A stretch of DNA of 63,979 nt, counting the filler, from Octopus bimaculoides (Eukaryota): NCBI RefSeq assembly GCF_001194135.2. It is 7 parts of 7 records of this genome, joined end to end, with 100 filler letters (N's around TTAATTAATTAA, not from the genome) between each part and the next. Parts side by side here need not be neighbours in the genome. Positions count along the whole stretch, not along the records: positions 1 to 10,332 come from NC_069004.1; positions 10,433 to 23,183 come from NC_068981.1; 5 more parts are not named here. One strand, 5' to 3'. Positions 1 through 13,260 of this stretch are shown here, piece by piece. The stretch's first letter is position 1. The number at the start of each line of letters is the position of its first letter. The notes under the pieces are model-generated. The model was not told the DNA's origin, searched no databases, and saw only the letters and a program-made list of their open reading frames with translations. A program made the translations under genes and the position numbers.

Positions 1-314
1 TGGACTTTTGTTCCGCTGTGATACCACATGCATTGTCTCCAGAGGTTATTGAACCTCACGTGTATCAGAGAGAAGGCTAACTACGCATTGCTGTGAAGAT
101 GGTTACTGAAAGCAAACCCCTTGTACGAAGCACCTGTGAATAAACGGTTATTGCATTTACTCCGCCTGACAAATTCAGCGTGAGAAGAATGAGAGAGAAA
201 ATGTTGTTGTCTTTTCCTTAAATAATGGTTGCAAGCGAGATCTCGTTTTTGTCTCGCATATGGCAATGGTTGCAGGCGAGATCTCGCTGTTTCAAAATAG
301 CGCTGGCTTCTTTC

Positions 315-1059
315 TGCCTCATTACAAACTCAATGAAAATCAGAAACAGCAACGTTTGGAAGCCTGCATTATGCTACTTTCTCGTCACAAAAACGAATAA
401 TTTTTTAATCGAATTGTAACGTGATAAGAAATGGATCCAATACAACAACCGCAAATGTTCAGCACAATGGTTGGACAAAGACGAGCCACCAAAACACAGT
501 CCAAAAAGCAAAATTCATCAAAAGAAGCTGATGATGTGTGTTTGGTGGTCTGGTGCAGGTGTGATCCATTATGATTTCATTAAACGTGCCTCATCAATCA
601 CGGCCGAAGCATACTGCAGCCAACTGAACCAAATGATGCAGAAACTTACAAAAAAACCAGCCTAGATTAGGCGACAGATCCACCCCTATTTTATTGCAAG
701 ACAACGCCAGACCATATATCGCAAAAATGACATTGATGAAATTACAGGAGCTGGAGTTGGAAGTTCTCCATCATCCACCATACTCACCTGATCTTGCCCC
801 CACTGACCACCACTTCTTGCAGAATTTTTTGATAGGTAACAAATTTAATTCCGACTATGCTGTAAAACAGGCCATCCAAGATTTTGTTGACTCTAGATTG
901 TCTGGATTTTACAGTTCCGGGCTGGACAAGCTACCGCTGAAATGGCAAAAGTGTATTGACAATATGGGTGCATACTTTGATGAATAAAACTATTCCTTGT
1001 ATTTATAAAACATTAGCAAGCTTTTTTTCTTTTCTGCAAATTTCTTACTTGATGACCTA

Positions 1060-1062
<3 letters not shown>
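315..1062 (+). mobile_element. Mariner (DD34D) transposon fossil, 3' two-thirds with right TIR
   Basis: Frameshifted transposase: RIVT.DKKWIQYNN, KLMMCVWWS, QDNARPY, HPPYSPDLAPTDHH, KWQKCIDNMGAYFDE; ends ...TTACTTGATGACCTAATA. Confidence 0.93.
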
Positions 1063-1090
<28 letters not shown>

Positions 1091-1856
1091 TGTATGTATG
1101 TATGTATGTATGTNNNNNNNNNNNNNNNNNNNNNNNNNNNNNNNNNNNNNNNNNNNNNNNNNNNNNNNNNNNNNNNNNNNNNNNNNNNNNNNNNNNNNNN
1201 NNNNNNNNNNNNNNNNNNNNNNNNNNNNNNNNNNNNNNNNNNNNNNNNNNNNNNNNNNNNNNNNNNNNNNNNNNNNNNNNNNNNNNNNNNNNNNNNNNNN
1301 NNNNNNNNNNNNNNNNNNNNNNNNNNNNNNNNNNNNNNNNNNNNNNNNNNNNNNNNNNNNNNNNNNNNNNNNNNNNNNNNNNNNNNNNNNNNNNNNNNNN
1401 NNNNNNNNNNNNNNNNNNNNNNNNNNNNNNNNNNNNNNNNNNNNNNNNNNNNNNNNNNNNNNNNNNNNNNNNNNNNNNNNNNNNNNNNNNNNNNNNNNNN
1501 NNNNNNNNNNNNNNNNNNNNNNNNNNNNNNNNNNNNNNNNNNNNNNNNNNNNNNNNNNNNNNNNNNNNNNNNNNNNNNNNNNNNNNNNNNNNNNNNNNNN
1601 NNNNNNNNNNNNNNNNNNNNNNNNNNNNNNNNNNNNNNNNNNNNNNNNNNNNNNNNNNNNNNNNNNNNNNNNNNNNNNNNNNNNNNNNNNNNNNNNNNNN
1701 NNNNNNNNNNNNNNNNNNNNNNNNNNNNNNNNNNNNNNNNNNNNNNNNNNNNNNNNNNNNNNNNNNNNNNNNNNNNNNNNNNNNNNNNNNNNNNNNNNNN
1801 NNNNNNNNNNNNNNNNNNNNNNNNNNNNNATATTTAGATAAAAATGTTATACGTGT

Positions 1857-1909
<53 letters not shown>

Positions 1910-2449
1910 TACACGTATAGCTTTTTTTATTATCTAAATCTAAAACAATCCGATCAGTAAGAATAAAAATGTCAAGAAGTACATACGAAGTCGTTTATCA
2001 CTTTTACAAACCGGATTCGTTAAACCGGATCTAAGATAAAATATTTCACAAAACCTAATTTCACTTTCTGTAAAGATAGCATGGCGGCCTCTACGTCTGT
2101 CATGGACAAAATGCGGTTTGCAGAACTTTTTGACTGACGCATCTCACGAAAAATTACCCGGAATTTGTTTTTAGTTGTGTGGCTCGCCTAATGATGAGCC
2201 ATGTCTTATATGGCCCACTTCTCGAAAAAAGCTACCCATGCCGGCTCCGATGGCTCGCTCGGCTTCGATTTTCAGAGTATTTTCCTATTAGGCTCCGGTT
2301 TGACTGTATTACATTATAGACAAGCATACAAGCAAGCAAACACGCAAGCAAGCACGCAAGTAAGCACGTAAGCAAGCAGGCACGAAAGCAAGCAAGCAAA
2401 CAAGCAATCACAGAGTTTTAGTAGTGTATATATAATAACAATAATACCT

Positions 2450-2791
2450 GGATGGAATTTATAAATGTTTAATACATCGCTGCGTACGTTTCCACAGATC
2501 AGAGTCGGTATCCATACATTATAGTCCGTATTATGGATCCTCATTGATTCATTTCATCAGGCGATACTGTATAATTGGATAGATTGGCCTTCATATTGGC
2601 AAGAAGGGATAAACATCCCTCTGTCATTCATCCAATAATACAGTATTACCAGAAGAAATGGATCAAGGATGATGCCCACGGATAATACAGACTATACTAT
2701 ACTAATCCCAAAGATACCGAATCTGATGTTAAAATCATCTGATTTGTGGAAACGTACGTAGCGATGTATTAAATATTTATAAATTCCAACC
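2450..2791. mobile_element. MITE-like element with ~54-bp terminal inverted repeats
   Basis: GGATGGAATTTATAAATGTTTAATACATCGCTGCGTACGTTTCCACAGATCAGA from 2450 matches the reverse complement of the sequence ending at 2791 at 50/54 positions; no ORF. Confidence 0.7.
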
Positions 2792-2823
<32 letters not shown>

Positions 2824-3063
2824 TTATCCCACATTATGTCGGTATAACCATAATGCCACCCCGAAAATCTAACTCACAAGCCAGTATCATTAAATAGTAA
2901 CCGGCATAATGAAACAAGAGGTTTATTTGCATACCCCCAACGTTACCTAAACGAATTTAAAAGATAGATATATATATATATATATANNNNNNNNNNNNNN
3001 NNNNNNNNNNNNNNNNNNNNNNNNNNNNNNNNNNNNNNNNNNNNNNNNNNNNNNNNNNNNNNN

Positions 3064-4226
3064 TTAGAAGCAAATTGCGCGTAATTTTGTTTACAGCTGT
3101 TAGTTCAGTGTCAATTTTAACATGGAGTGCAAGAACGAACATTTTCGCTATATTTTGCCTTTTTATTTCCATAAAGGCAAGAAAGCTGCTGAGGCTCACA
3201 AAACGTGTGTGAAGTTTATGGTGTTGATTGCTTAACTGAACGCGCGTGTCAGAAATGGTTTAAAAAATTCCGTTCAGATTTTTCACTCAAAGATGACCAA
3301 CGTTCTGGTCGACCATCTGAAGTTGATGATGACCGAATTAAAGCCATAATTGAATCTGATTGTCATATAACTGTGCAAGAGATTGCAGAGAGGTTAAATG
3401 TATCACACAACACACAACAATTGAAAATCGCTTAAAATGTCTTGGCTTTGTTAAGAAGCTTGATATTTGGGTTCCACATAAATTAAATGAGATTCACTTA
3501 ACACAACGAATCAATATTTGCGATATGCATCTCATACGCAATAAAATCGACCTTTTTTGAAACGAATCACCACTGATGATGAAAAATGGTTGGTCTACAA
3601 TAACATCCTTCAAAAACGATCATGGTCGAAGCACAATGAACCAGCACAAACCACATCGAAAGCTAAATTTCATCACAAAATGGTCATGCTGTCTATTTAG
3701 TGGGATTACAAAGATGTTGTTTATTTTGAGTTGCTTCCAAAGAACCAAACGATCAATTCAGACGTTTACTGTCAACAATTAATTTAACTGGAGGAAGCAA
3801 TCAAAGAAAAATGGCCACAATTGGCAAATTGTAAATGAATCGTGTTCCACTACGACAACACTAGACCAGACACATCTTTGCTAACTCGTGAAAAATTATT
3901 GGAGCTTGGTTTGGAAGTGATGTCATATCCACCATATAGCCCTAACCTTGCACCATCAGATTACCATTTATTTTGAAGTTTGCAAAATTCTTTAAATGGT
4001 AAAACTTTTAATAATGATAATGACCTGAAATCGCACTTGCTTCAGTTTTTGGCTGATAAGGACCAGAAGTTCTACGAGTGCGGAATCATGAAGTTGCCAG
4101 GAAGATGACAAAAGATCATCAAACAAAATGGAAAATAAATAATTGATTAAGGTTCTCTCGTTGCATGAAAAAAATTGACTTTTATTTCACACTAAAAAAA
4201 AAATTACTTTCTTGCCAACCCAATAT
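3064..4226 (+). mobile_element. Near full-length mariner (Hsmar1/cecropia-like) fossil
   Basis: ATG at 3122 (MECKNEHFRYILPFYFHKGKKAAEAH); RSGRPSEVDDD, WVPHKL, DDEKW, DNTRP, PPYSPNLAPSDYHLF spread over several frames; right TIR AATTACTTTCTTGCCAACCCAATA resembles the Hsmar1-type TIR. The left end is in a gap. Confidence 0.93.
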
Positions 4227-4289
4227 ATGTGTTTCGGTCAGAATTGGCCCGGGCCATGGCTAACTTAATAGCACCACCTGGAAAAGGTA

Positions 4290-5240
4290 TTTAGTAATAT
4301 TTCATATTAAAGTCATTTTGGGGGCACCGGAGCCCATTCGGGTAAAGTTATTGCTTGCAGAGATATATCCGGGTGTAGGTGTTTATCTGGAATTTGTTGG
4401 AGATATTCACCCAGGAACCGTTTGAATGTTATGAGAACCTTTCCACCTCCTGTGTCTTGACATGATTTTAAAGATAGCAAGGTCATTTGAAGTGAAATAG
4501 TTCTGTCTTAGTGTTGTGGTTTGATGCGAGCATGGTTTTTGTAGAAGACGGATGACACGGAGACAAAGCCTAAGATGAAGTGCAAAGTTGATGCAAGCAT
4601 CATTTGGGCAATGCTGTTGGAATATTTTCTTCATCATACAAATGATATAACGCTCGTGGCATTGTCGGAGAGAATAAAGTTTGAGTTTCTCGAAACGATC
4701 CCAATAATCAAGACCTGTGTTGTGATCGATCTCTGAGGTGCTTCAGTTTTTATTATATATTGCTTCGTATAGGGAGACTACAGCGAATAACAATATTCAA
4801 GGTGAAGACAAACGAAGGTGGAGACGAGAAGGATAATGGTAGAAGCGTCTCGAGACCGAAAAGTCCTGAGGATCCAGGAGCACACCTATCGGGCCATGTC
4901 GACTTTGTTGTTAATGTGAGCACTCCAACTTACGTTGTTGTCGATAGTTACTCTGAGTTCTCTAACAGTGTTTGATGGCACAAGTTCTTCGTCCGAAGGA
5001 AGCTAGTCTGGTAGCTTAAGTGCAGCATCTTTACCAAAGTCGATTAATTCAAAGTTGTTCTCGCTTAGTTGCATATCGTGCTTTTGCGTGCATCCGATTG
5101 GAGATTAGCTCGGCCTCCTGTCCTGTCGACGACCTTCAGAATCTTTGGGTCATCTGCGAAAATTCTAATGTTGCTGTGTTTGATGACGTCAGTGATGACA
5201 CTGATGTAAACAGTGAAAAGGAGTAAGTCCAATACAATCG
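4290..5240 (-). mobile_element. CR1-clade LINE, decayed 3' ORF2 (RT and C-terminus)
   Basis: LLLFTVYISVITDVIKHSNIRIFADD, LKLYSLRQCHERYII and EYLQQIPDKH in shifting frames. Confidence 0.85.
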
Positions 5241-5983
5241 AACACAATCTATCAACACATTGTGGCTTCTGTTCACCAGAAAACATTCAATCCACGTGCT
5301 TCTTTCAGTTTCCGCCCACCAAACCCATTCACAGGGCTTTGATCGAACCAGAAGTCACTTGCCAAGATACCACGCTGTGGGACTGAACCCGGGACCAAAC
5401 AAACTTTTTAGCGCACAGCCACGCCTGCGCCTGTACTTTTTTAAAGCTATAATATAAATTATTTAAATGAAATATGAGTCTGCTTCCTGTGTACTTTTCC
5501 CCTGTGGTTTTATTTCCGTTAACCTCATTTCAACGTTCTTTGCAGCAGGGCTAACGAAAGGGTCTCTACATGGTCACTCAAAAAGCTAGAAATAGCAGCC
5601 ATATTTCCCTCAGACAACATCCTCTGTATTAGGAAGCGAGAAACGTCATACCAGACAATCCAGACCTAAATTGATACGATTATAAGACGAAATGACCATG
5701 GCTTTGATCATGCGTCATTGAGAAATAAAACAGTATAAAAAACATGAAGTTAATACCGTTTGCCTTCATTTGGATTGGGTTGGATTACCTATCCAGTCGA
5801 CTACAGGACGAGGGCCTCAGCATGTTCTTTCCACCAACTACGGTCCGATGTGGAGGCCGTGAATTTGGGCTTGAGATCATGCTGGTTTGATGAGCCTACT
5901 CTCGCACACTGGCTCGACATGGGTTGGCAGAGGGGTGCAGTTTCTTTTTTTATACTCTTACCCAAGAGCAGTTAAATTGATGA

Positions 5984-6127
5984 TGCCGACCCCAGTGCTC
6001 TCAACAGGTACTTATTTCATTGACCCCGAAAGGATGAAAGGCAGGCTCACCTCCGGCGGAATTTGAACTCAGAACGTAAGGACTGATGAAATGTGCCCGG
6101 CGTGCTAACGATTCCGCCAGCTCGCCG
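5984..6127 (-). mobile_element. tRNA-derived SINE family A, partial
   Basis: Reverse complement of the GGCGAGCTGGC...GTTCTGAGTTCAAATTCCGCC head that recurs more than 10 times in the window. Confidence 0.8.
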
Positions 6128-6149
6128 TTATTTGCCTTCATAAGTATGT

Positions 6150-6530
6150 CTAAAAGAAGTTTGCTTCTCAACCACATGGTTTCGGTTTCAGTCCCACTGC
6201 ATGGTACCTTAAACAAGTGTTTTCTACTACAGCCCAGGCCGACAAAAGCCTTGTGAGTGGATTTAATGAATGGAAACTGAAAGGAGCCCATTATGCGTGT
6301 GTGTGTGTGTGTGTGGGCGTGTGTTTGTGTATGCGCGTGTATGTCTTCGTCTTTGTGTTTGTTCCACACCACGGATTGACAATCACTGTTGGTCACATTT
6401 AGACATAAGAGACCAACAGAATAAGCGCCGGGTTTTAAAGCAAAAAATAATGGGGGTCGATTCGTTCGACTAAAAAATTCAGGCGGTACCCCAGCGTGGC
6501 CGCAGTCAAATGACTGAAACAAAAAGATGG
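6150..6530 (+). mobile_element. tRNA-derived SINE family B with internal (TG)n
   Basis: Head with B box GGTTTCGGTTCAGTCCC, then GGTACCTT...AAGTG, (TG)n and a tail ending GCCGCAGTCAAATGACTGAAACAAAAAGA. Confidence 0.8.
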
Positions 6531-7171
6531 TGTGTATGTGTGTGTGTGTGTGTGTATGTGTGTGTGTGTGNNNNNNNNNNNNNNNNNNNNNNNNNNNNNN
6601 NNNTGTGTATGCACATATACAACACGGCCATACACATGTATATATATATATATAATCTCTCTCTCACCCACTCTCTCTTTCACACTCTCTCTTTCACACT
6701 CTCTCTTTCACACTCTCTCTTTCACACTCTCTCTTTCACACTCTCTCTCTATATAAATGTATATGTGTGTGTAATGTGTGTGAGTGTGTGTGCGTGTGTG
6801 TGCGTGTGTGTGCGTGCGTGTGTGTGTGTATGTGTGTGTGTGTGTGTGTGTATCATTTTGTATTATGTCCTGTTATTTGTATTTGTGTAACACTTTCCAT
6901 TTCTTCCGTCCTTGTATTCGTATACATTCGCTGCTTTCTTCCAAGGAATCTAATGCTCTTAGCTTAGTTTTCCCTTGGAGCTGACCAGATTGGAGCAATC
7001 TCGAGTATAACCAGCCGAAATTGCAAAGTTAATCTGGAACTCGACTGAGGAAAGAAAGCTCCCAATGACCCGTCCTTGTTTTCTTTGTATCGTCTGTCTG
7101 GATGTTTTGTTGTCCCTTTTTTTGTATTACCTAACTGTTCGGATGTTTTGTATTCTTGTCCCATTTTGTAT

Positions 7172-7208
<37 letters not shown>

Positions 7209-8356
7209 AAGAACGACCGTGCGAACCCAAAAGGAGAAATGGTGACGAATGGAAAACAGGGTTCCTTTATTAAACGCGTCACACGGTCGAACACAAAAAT
7301 ATATGAAATGATAAATATGTTATAATTCTATAACATAGAGAATTCGTAAATGCCAGTAAGGAAGACGATATTGAACCAACCGATAAAGATGAATAACAGT
7401 AAGATTTATTGTAGCATTAAACTGTATGTCTGTGTGTGTGTTAATGCGACATAAGAAAACACAATATAAGACTGGCCGTCATGTAAACAAAAGAGTGTGT
7501 GCGAGTAATACATGTATGTGTATGTAAGAGTTACAGAGTATAGATTANNNNNNNNNNNNNNNNNNNNNNNNNNNNNNNNNNNNNNNNNNNNNNNNNNNNN
7601 NNNNNNNNNNNNNNNNNNNNNNNNNNNNNNNNNNNNNNNNNNNNNNNNNNNNNNNNNNNNNNNNNNNNNNNNNNNNNNNNNNNNNNNNNNNNNNNNNNNN
7701 NNNNNNNNNNNNNNNNNNNNNNNNNNNNNNNNNNNNNNNNNNNNNNNNNNNNNNNNNNNNNNNNNNNNNNNNNNNNNNNNNNNNNNNNNNNNNNNNNNNN
7801 NNNNNNNNNNNNNNNNNNNNNNNNNNNNNNNNNNNNNNNNNNNNNNNNNNNNNNNNNNNNNNNNNNNNNNNNNNNNNNNNNNNNNNNNNNNNNNNNNNNN
7901 NNNNNNNNNNNNNNNNNNNNNNNNNNNNNNNNNNNNNNNNNNNNNNNNNNNNNNNNNNNNNNNNNNNNNNNNNNNNNNNNNNNNNNNNNNNNNNNNNNNN
8001 NNNNNNNNNNNNNNNNNNNNNNNNNNNNNNNNNNNNNNNNNNNNNNNNNNNNNNNNNNNNNNNNNNNNNNNNNNNNNNNNNNNNNNNNNNNNNNNNNNNN
8101 NNNNNNNNNNNNNNNNNNNNNNNNNNNNNNNNNNNNNNNNNNNNNNNNNNNNNNNNNNNNNNNNNNNNNNNNNNNNNNNNNNNNACTATCACGTGACCTT
8201 ATTAGGGGCTATGGTTGGTCGATTTGCGTCCTGGGGGCAAATGGAGATAATTTACCCGCGCAAAGAATAGTCAGTCAGGTGATGACAGGGAATGAGTTGC
8301 TTTCTATTACGCTCGCGTTTGTTAATATTTATAGTAGTGAGAGAAAGTGGTGTTCA

Positions 8357-8403
<47 letters not shown>

Positions 8404-8970
8404 CGACAGGTTTTTTTGCAGTTTCCTCTTACTAAATCCACTCACAAGGCTTTGATTGGTCAGAGGCTGCAGTAGAAGACGAACCCGGAACTATGTGGTT
8501 GGTGAACNNNNNNNNNNNNNNNNNNNNNNNNNNNNNNNNNNNNNNNNNNNNNNNNNNNNNNNNNNNNNNNNNNNNNNNNNNNNNNNNNNNNNNNNNNNNN
8601 NNNNNNNNNNNNNNNNNNNNNNNNNNNNNNNNNNNNNAAAAAGAAATCTACAAGTCCATCTACGAGTGATTGTGAATCGGCGATCGCGTCTACAAGTGAT
8701 GGTATGCGCATGTCTAGTGCGACCGAAAGTGATTCAGAAAGCGATTATAATTCTATTGTTGTTTTATTGCCATTTACTTACGAGTATTATAAATTTTGTA
8801 GGTAAAATACTTTTCTGGGAAATTTACGATTTATATAACATTGCTACTGTGAGAAGTAATTGCCCTGCTTTCCGAGTTTTAGCTTTACGAGCGGTATCCG
8901 GGAACAAATTAACTCGTATATCGAGGCTTTTGTGCATATACATATGTATGTGTGTGTGTGTGTGTATGTG

Positions 8971-9004
<34 letters not shown>

Positions 9005-9404
9005 TATATGTGCATACAATCACACACACATAAACATATATACATACATACTTATATATCTATATATACATACACACATATATATATATACATAGATATA
9101 TTCATATGCACACACACACACACATTTAATGTGTATATACGACTGGGTGGATGTGCTTGCCTGGTGACCATCGTAGCGTGAAGCCGTCATTTCCTGCCTT
9201 TCCGATTCGCTGGTTCTGAGTCATTTCCTGCTGCTACCCCAATAAATCACTCCATTCTGCTTCGACCGTCACCGAATTTCCGTCGAAGTCACACATATCT
9301 CTACACTTTCACATAAGGACATTATTACATTCTGAGTTCAAATCCCGCAGCTGTCAACTTCAGTCTTCATCATTCCGGGACCTTTAGGTTTTTATCTTTT
9401 ACTT

Positions 9405-9587
9405 GTTTCAGTCGTTAAACTGTGGCCATGTTGGAGCACCGTTTTGAAGATTTTTAGTCGAATGTATCGACTCCAGTATTTATTATATATTTTTAAAGGC
9501 TTGGTACTTATTCTCTCGAACCCCTAAGTTACGGGAACGTTAACATACCAACACCGGTTTTCCAGCAGTGGTGGTGGACGAGCACAG

Positions 9588-9645
<58 letters not shown>

Positions 9646-9970
9646 ACGTGGTGATGGGGACAAACAGNNNNNNNNNNACACACACACACACAGAGACGTG
9701 GTGATGGGGACAAACAGAGACATAGACACACATAGATATATACATTTCTCTGTCTTTCTTTCTCTCTCTATCTTCGTTTTCTCTCTCTCTCTTCCTTTCT
9801 TTCTCTCTCTCTCTCTCTCTGGGCTTTTTCAGTTTCCGTCTGCCAAATTCATTCACAAGGCTTTGGTTGACCCGAGTCTCTAGTTGAAGATACTTGCCCA
9901 AGGTGCCACGCAGTGGGACTGAACCCGGACCTATGTGGTTGGGAAACAAGCCTCTTGCCACGCAGGCACG
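9405..9970 (-). mobile_element. SINE family B with expanded (CA)n/(CT)n middle
   Basis: Tail at 9405-9590 and head at 9820-9970 match the other family B copies. Confidence 0.8.
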
Positions 9971-10679
9971 TCTCGGATCTTTTTGGTTTGACGGGCAACA
10001 TTTTTCATTTATGTTTTATGTAGTGTTTTTGGCACCGAAACACTTTCAAACTTCGAATATTTGTATATTTTGTGTTATAGAACAGATACAAATTTTTGTA
10101 TTCGAAGTTATTTCATGTAAAAAGTTGTCGTATTTCGGTAATTTCAACCAATCACTGACGTCTATTCAGCTGAATACAGTTAGTGCCGTAGAATGTAAAT
10201 AACATTCTAACGGTGTTATGGGATCTTTTCCCTTGAATAAAATTAGTGCCGTTGTTTGTCAACAACAACTATCGGCGGTACTGTTATTTATAACATCGTT
10301 CGTGCGTTTGGGTTAGGGTTCGGGTTTTAGAGNNNNNNNNNNNNNNNNNNNNNNNNNNNNNNNNNNNNNNNNNNNNTTAATTAATTAANNNNNNNNNNNN
10401 NNNNNNNNNNNNNNNNNNNNNNNNNNNNNNNNCATACACACATACCCCTACCTCTACCCCCACGCTCATCCTAACCCACACTCCACCCATGCCTTCCCCA
10501 CCTCCCAACACCCTCATATCACACCACGCACACACTACAACTGACCAACTCCTTTCTCCCCTCCCCATTTTCACACATGCATACGTCAAGATCACCAGCA
10601 TTCTATCTCTCATACACGCAGCACCTCGTTCTTCGATCACCGTTCTTTCTCCCCCTTTTGTTATCTCCCCCTTTTCTTA

Positions 10680-10905
10680 GCTCTCCTGTGTAAAATTTCT
10701 AACTTCCGGTCAGCCATTGACCGTTGACCGAACGCTATTCAATTTTTTTCTCCGTGTTTTTCTCCTTGTCTCCGTATTCTTTCTGTTGAAGAGCGTAGCT
10801 CGAAACGTTAAAGACTTTCCGTATTCCCGAGCGTCATACTAATACATCCTTTTGTTGTTTACTCCACCTGTCCTCGTCTGTTGTTGTTTTTTCGTACATT
10901 CTCCC
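10680..10905 (+). mobile_element. Interspersed repeat with hammerhead-like motif (probable Penelope-like terminal repeat)
   Basis: Nearly identical to 55625-55775; carries TCTTT-CTGTTGA-A-GAGCGTAGCTC-GAAAC-GTT-AAAGA and ends at a (TA)n tract. Confidence 0.55.
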
Positions 10906-11189
10906 AGATATATATATTTATATATATATGCCTATATATATATTAGTATATATATATATATATATATATATAGGTATGTATATATATATATAAGTATATA
11001 TATACATATATGAGTATATATATACATATATAAGTATATATATAACTCTCTATATATATGTAACTATATATATGCATATATATGCATGTATATATGTATA
11101 TAAATGTACATATAAATATATATGTATGTATACCTACATACACGCACAGATATGCATGTATATTATATAGATGTATACATATGTATGCG

Positions 11190-11241
<52 letters not shown>

Positions 11242-11659
11242 NNNNNNNNNNNNNNNNNNNNNNNNNNNNNNNNNNNNNNNNNNNNNNNNNNNNNNNNNNN
11301 NNNNNNNNNNNNNNNNNNNNNNNNNNNNNNNNNNNNNNNNNNNNNNNNNNNNNNNNNNNNNNNNNNNNNNNNNNNNNNNNNNNNNNNNNNNNNNNNNNNN
11401 NNNNNNNNNNNNNNNNNNNNNNNNNNNNNNNNNNNNNNNNNNNNNNNNNNNNNNNNNNNNNNNNNNNNNNNNNNNNNNNNNNNNNNNNNNNNNNNNNNNN
11501 NNNNNNNNNNNNNNNNNNNNNNNNNNNNNNNNNNNNNNNNNNNNNNNNNNNNNNNNNNNNNNNNNNNNNNNNNNNNNNNNNNNNNNNNNNNNNNNNNNNN
11601 NNNNNNNNNNNNNNNNNNNNNNNNNNNNNNNNNNNNNNNNNNNNNNNNNNNNNNNNNNN

Positions 11660-11711
<52 letters not shown>

Positions 11712-12186
11712 AAATGAGTGCGAGTGTGTGTTTGAATGTATTTGTGTTTGTGTATGTGCTTGTATATATTTCACATCTTCGCTGTTTTTTCCTAAAAATA
11801 AATAAAAGTAAAAACAAAATCAAAGTGTGTGTATGTTTGAGTTGTTTACGTCCCTGTAACTTAGTGGTTCGACAAAGGAAGAGGACAAATAGGTGCCGAA
11901 CTTTAAAATAACTACTGGGATTATTTTGCTCAGCCAAAGAAAGAAGAATAACAACCCATTCACGACAGTGTCGAAGCATGGCTGCAGTCCAATGACTAAA
12001 ACAAGTAAAAAATGAAAGCTTTAAGTTAAAATTGACTGTATGTATGTGTACACAGGGATGCAGATGAATGGTCGAGGTTCGTTTTATGTATGTTTGTGTG
12101 CTTGAATACCTAATTTTTGTCTAAGTGTACCTTGTTATTATTTATTTATTTTTTTGTATATCAGTATGAAGTGTATGAAATTAATT

Positions 12187-12998
12187 ATCCTTTTCTACTC
12201 TAGGCACAAGGCCTGAAATGTTTGGGGAGGGGGTCCAGGAATTAGATCGACCTCAGTACTCATCTGGTACTTAATTTATCGATCCTGAAAGGATGAAAGA
12301 CAAAGTCGACCTCGGCGGAATTTGAACTCAGAACGTAGCGGCAGACGAAATACCGCTAAGCATTTCGCCCGGTGTGCTAACGTTTCTTATTTCTTTATTG
12401 CCCACAAGGGACTAAACATAGAGGGGACAAACAAGGACAGACAAAGAGATTAAGTCGATTATANNNNNNNNNNNNNNNNNNNNNNNNNNNNNNNNNNNNN
12501 NNNNNNNNNNNNNNNNNNNNNNNNNNNNNNNNNNNNNNNNNNNNNNNNNNNNNNNNNNNNNNNNNNNNNNNNNNNNNNNNNNNNNNNNNNNNNNNNNNNN
12601 NNNNNNNNNNNNNNNNNNNNNNNNNNNNNNNNNNNNNNNNNNNNNNNNNNNNNNNNNNNNNNNNNNNNNNNNNNNNNAACCTCGGCGGAATCTGAACTCA
12701 GAACGTAGCGGCAGACGAAGTACCGCTAAGCATTTCGCCCGGTGTGCTATCGTTTCTGTCGGCTCACCACCTTTAAAAGATATTGCTTTCTACTCTAGCA
12801 CAAAACTCGAAATTTTTGGGGAGGGGGCCAGTCGATTAGATCGACCTCAGTACGTAACTGGTACTTAATTTATCGACCCCTAAAGGATGAAAGGCAAAGT
12901 CGACCTCGGCAGAATTTGAACTCAGAACGTAGCGGCAGACGAAATACAACTAAGCATTTCGCCAGGCGTGCTAACGTTTCTGCCAGCTGGCCACCTTG
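12187..12998 (-). mobile_element. Cluster of co-oriented SINE family A copies
   Basis: ACCTCGGC(G/A)GAA..TGAACTCAGAACGTAGCGGCAGACGAA head segment occurs three times (~12300, 12680, 12895), with family A tails between them; one gap lies inside the cluster. Confidence 0.85.
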
Positions 12999-13109
12999 TA
13001 ATTAAAATATTAGAACGACAACACAAGATCTTTTTACTGTATTTAATTCCGTCCCTCTACATTCTGAGTTCAAATATTAGTAATACTGACTTTGCCTTTC
13101 AGCTCTTCA

Positions 13110-13260
13110 TACGAAAGTGTATAGCCTAATGGTTAGATTGTTAGACTCACGATCTAACGATCATGCTTTCGATACTCAGACTGGGCGGCGTGCTGTATCC
13201 TTGCGCAAAACCATTCATTTCACGTTGCTCTCGCCCACCGAGTTTGAAGATGAACAACCC
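13110..13260 (+). mobile_element. tRNA-derived SINE family E head
   Basis: TAGCCTAATGGTTAG A-box-like and TTCGATACTC B-box-like motifs, followed by GTATCCTTG...TTTCACGTTGCTC, which is shared with 49970-50100. Confidence 0.6.

Noticed and set aside
10305-10332. TTTGGGTTAGGGTTCGGGTTTTAG as a telomere
   Set aside because: Only one exact TTAGGG within a degenerate stretch at the end of an interspersed repeat next to a linker.
10377-10388. TTAATTAATTAA as a homeodomain or regulatory motif
   Set aside because: Always centred in exactly 44+44 Ns; it is an assembly spacer.
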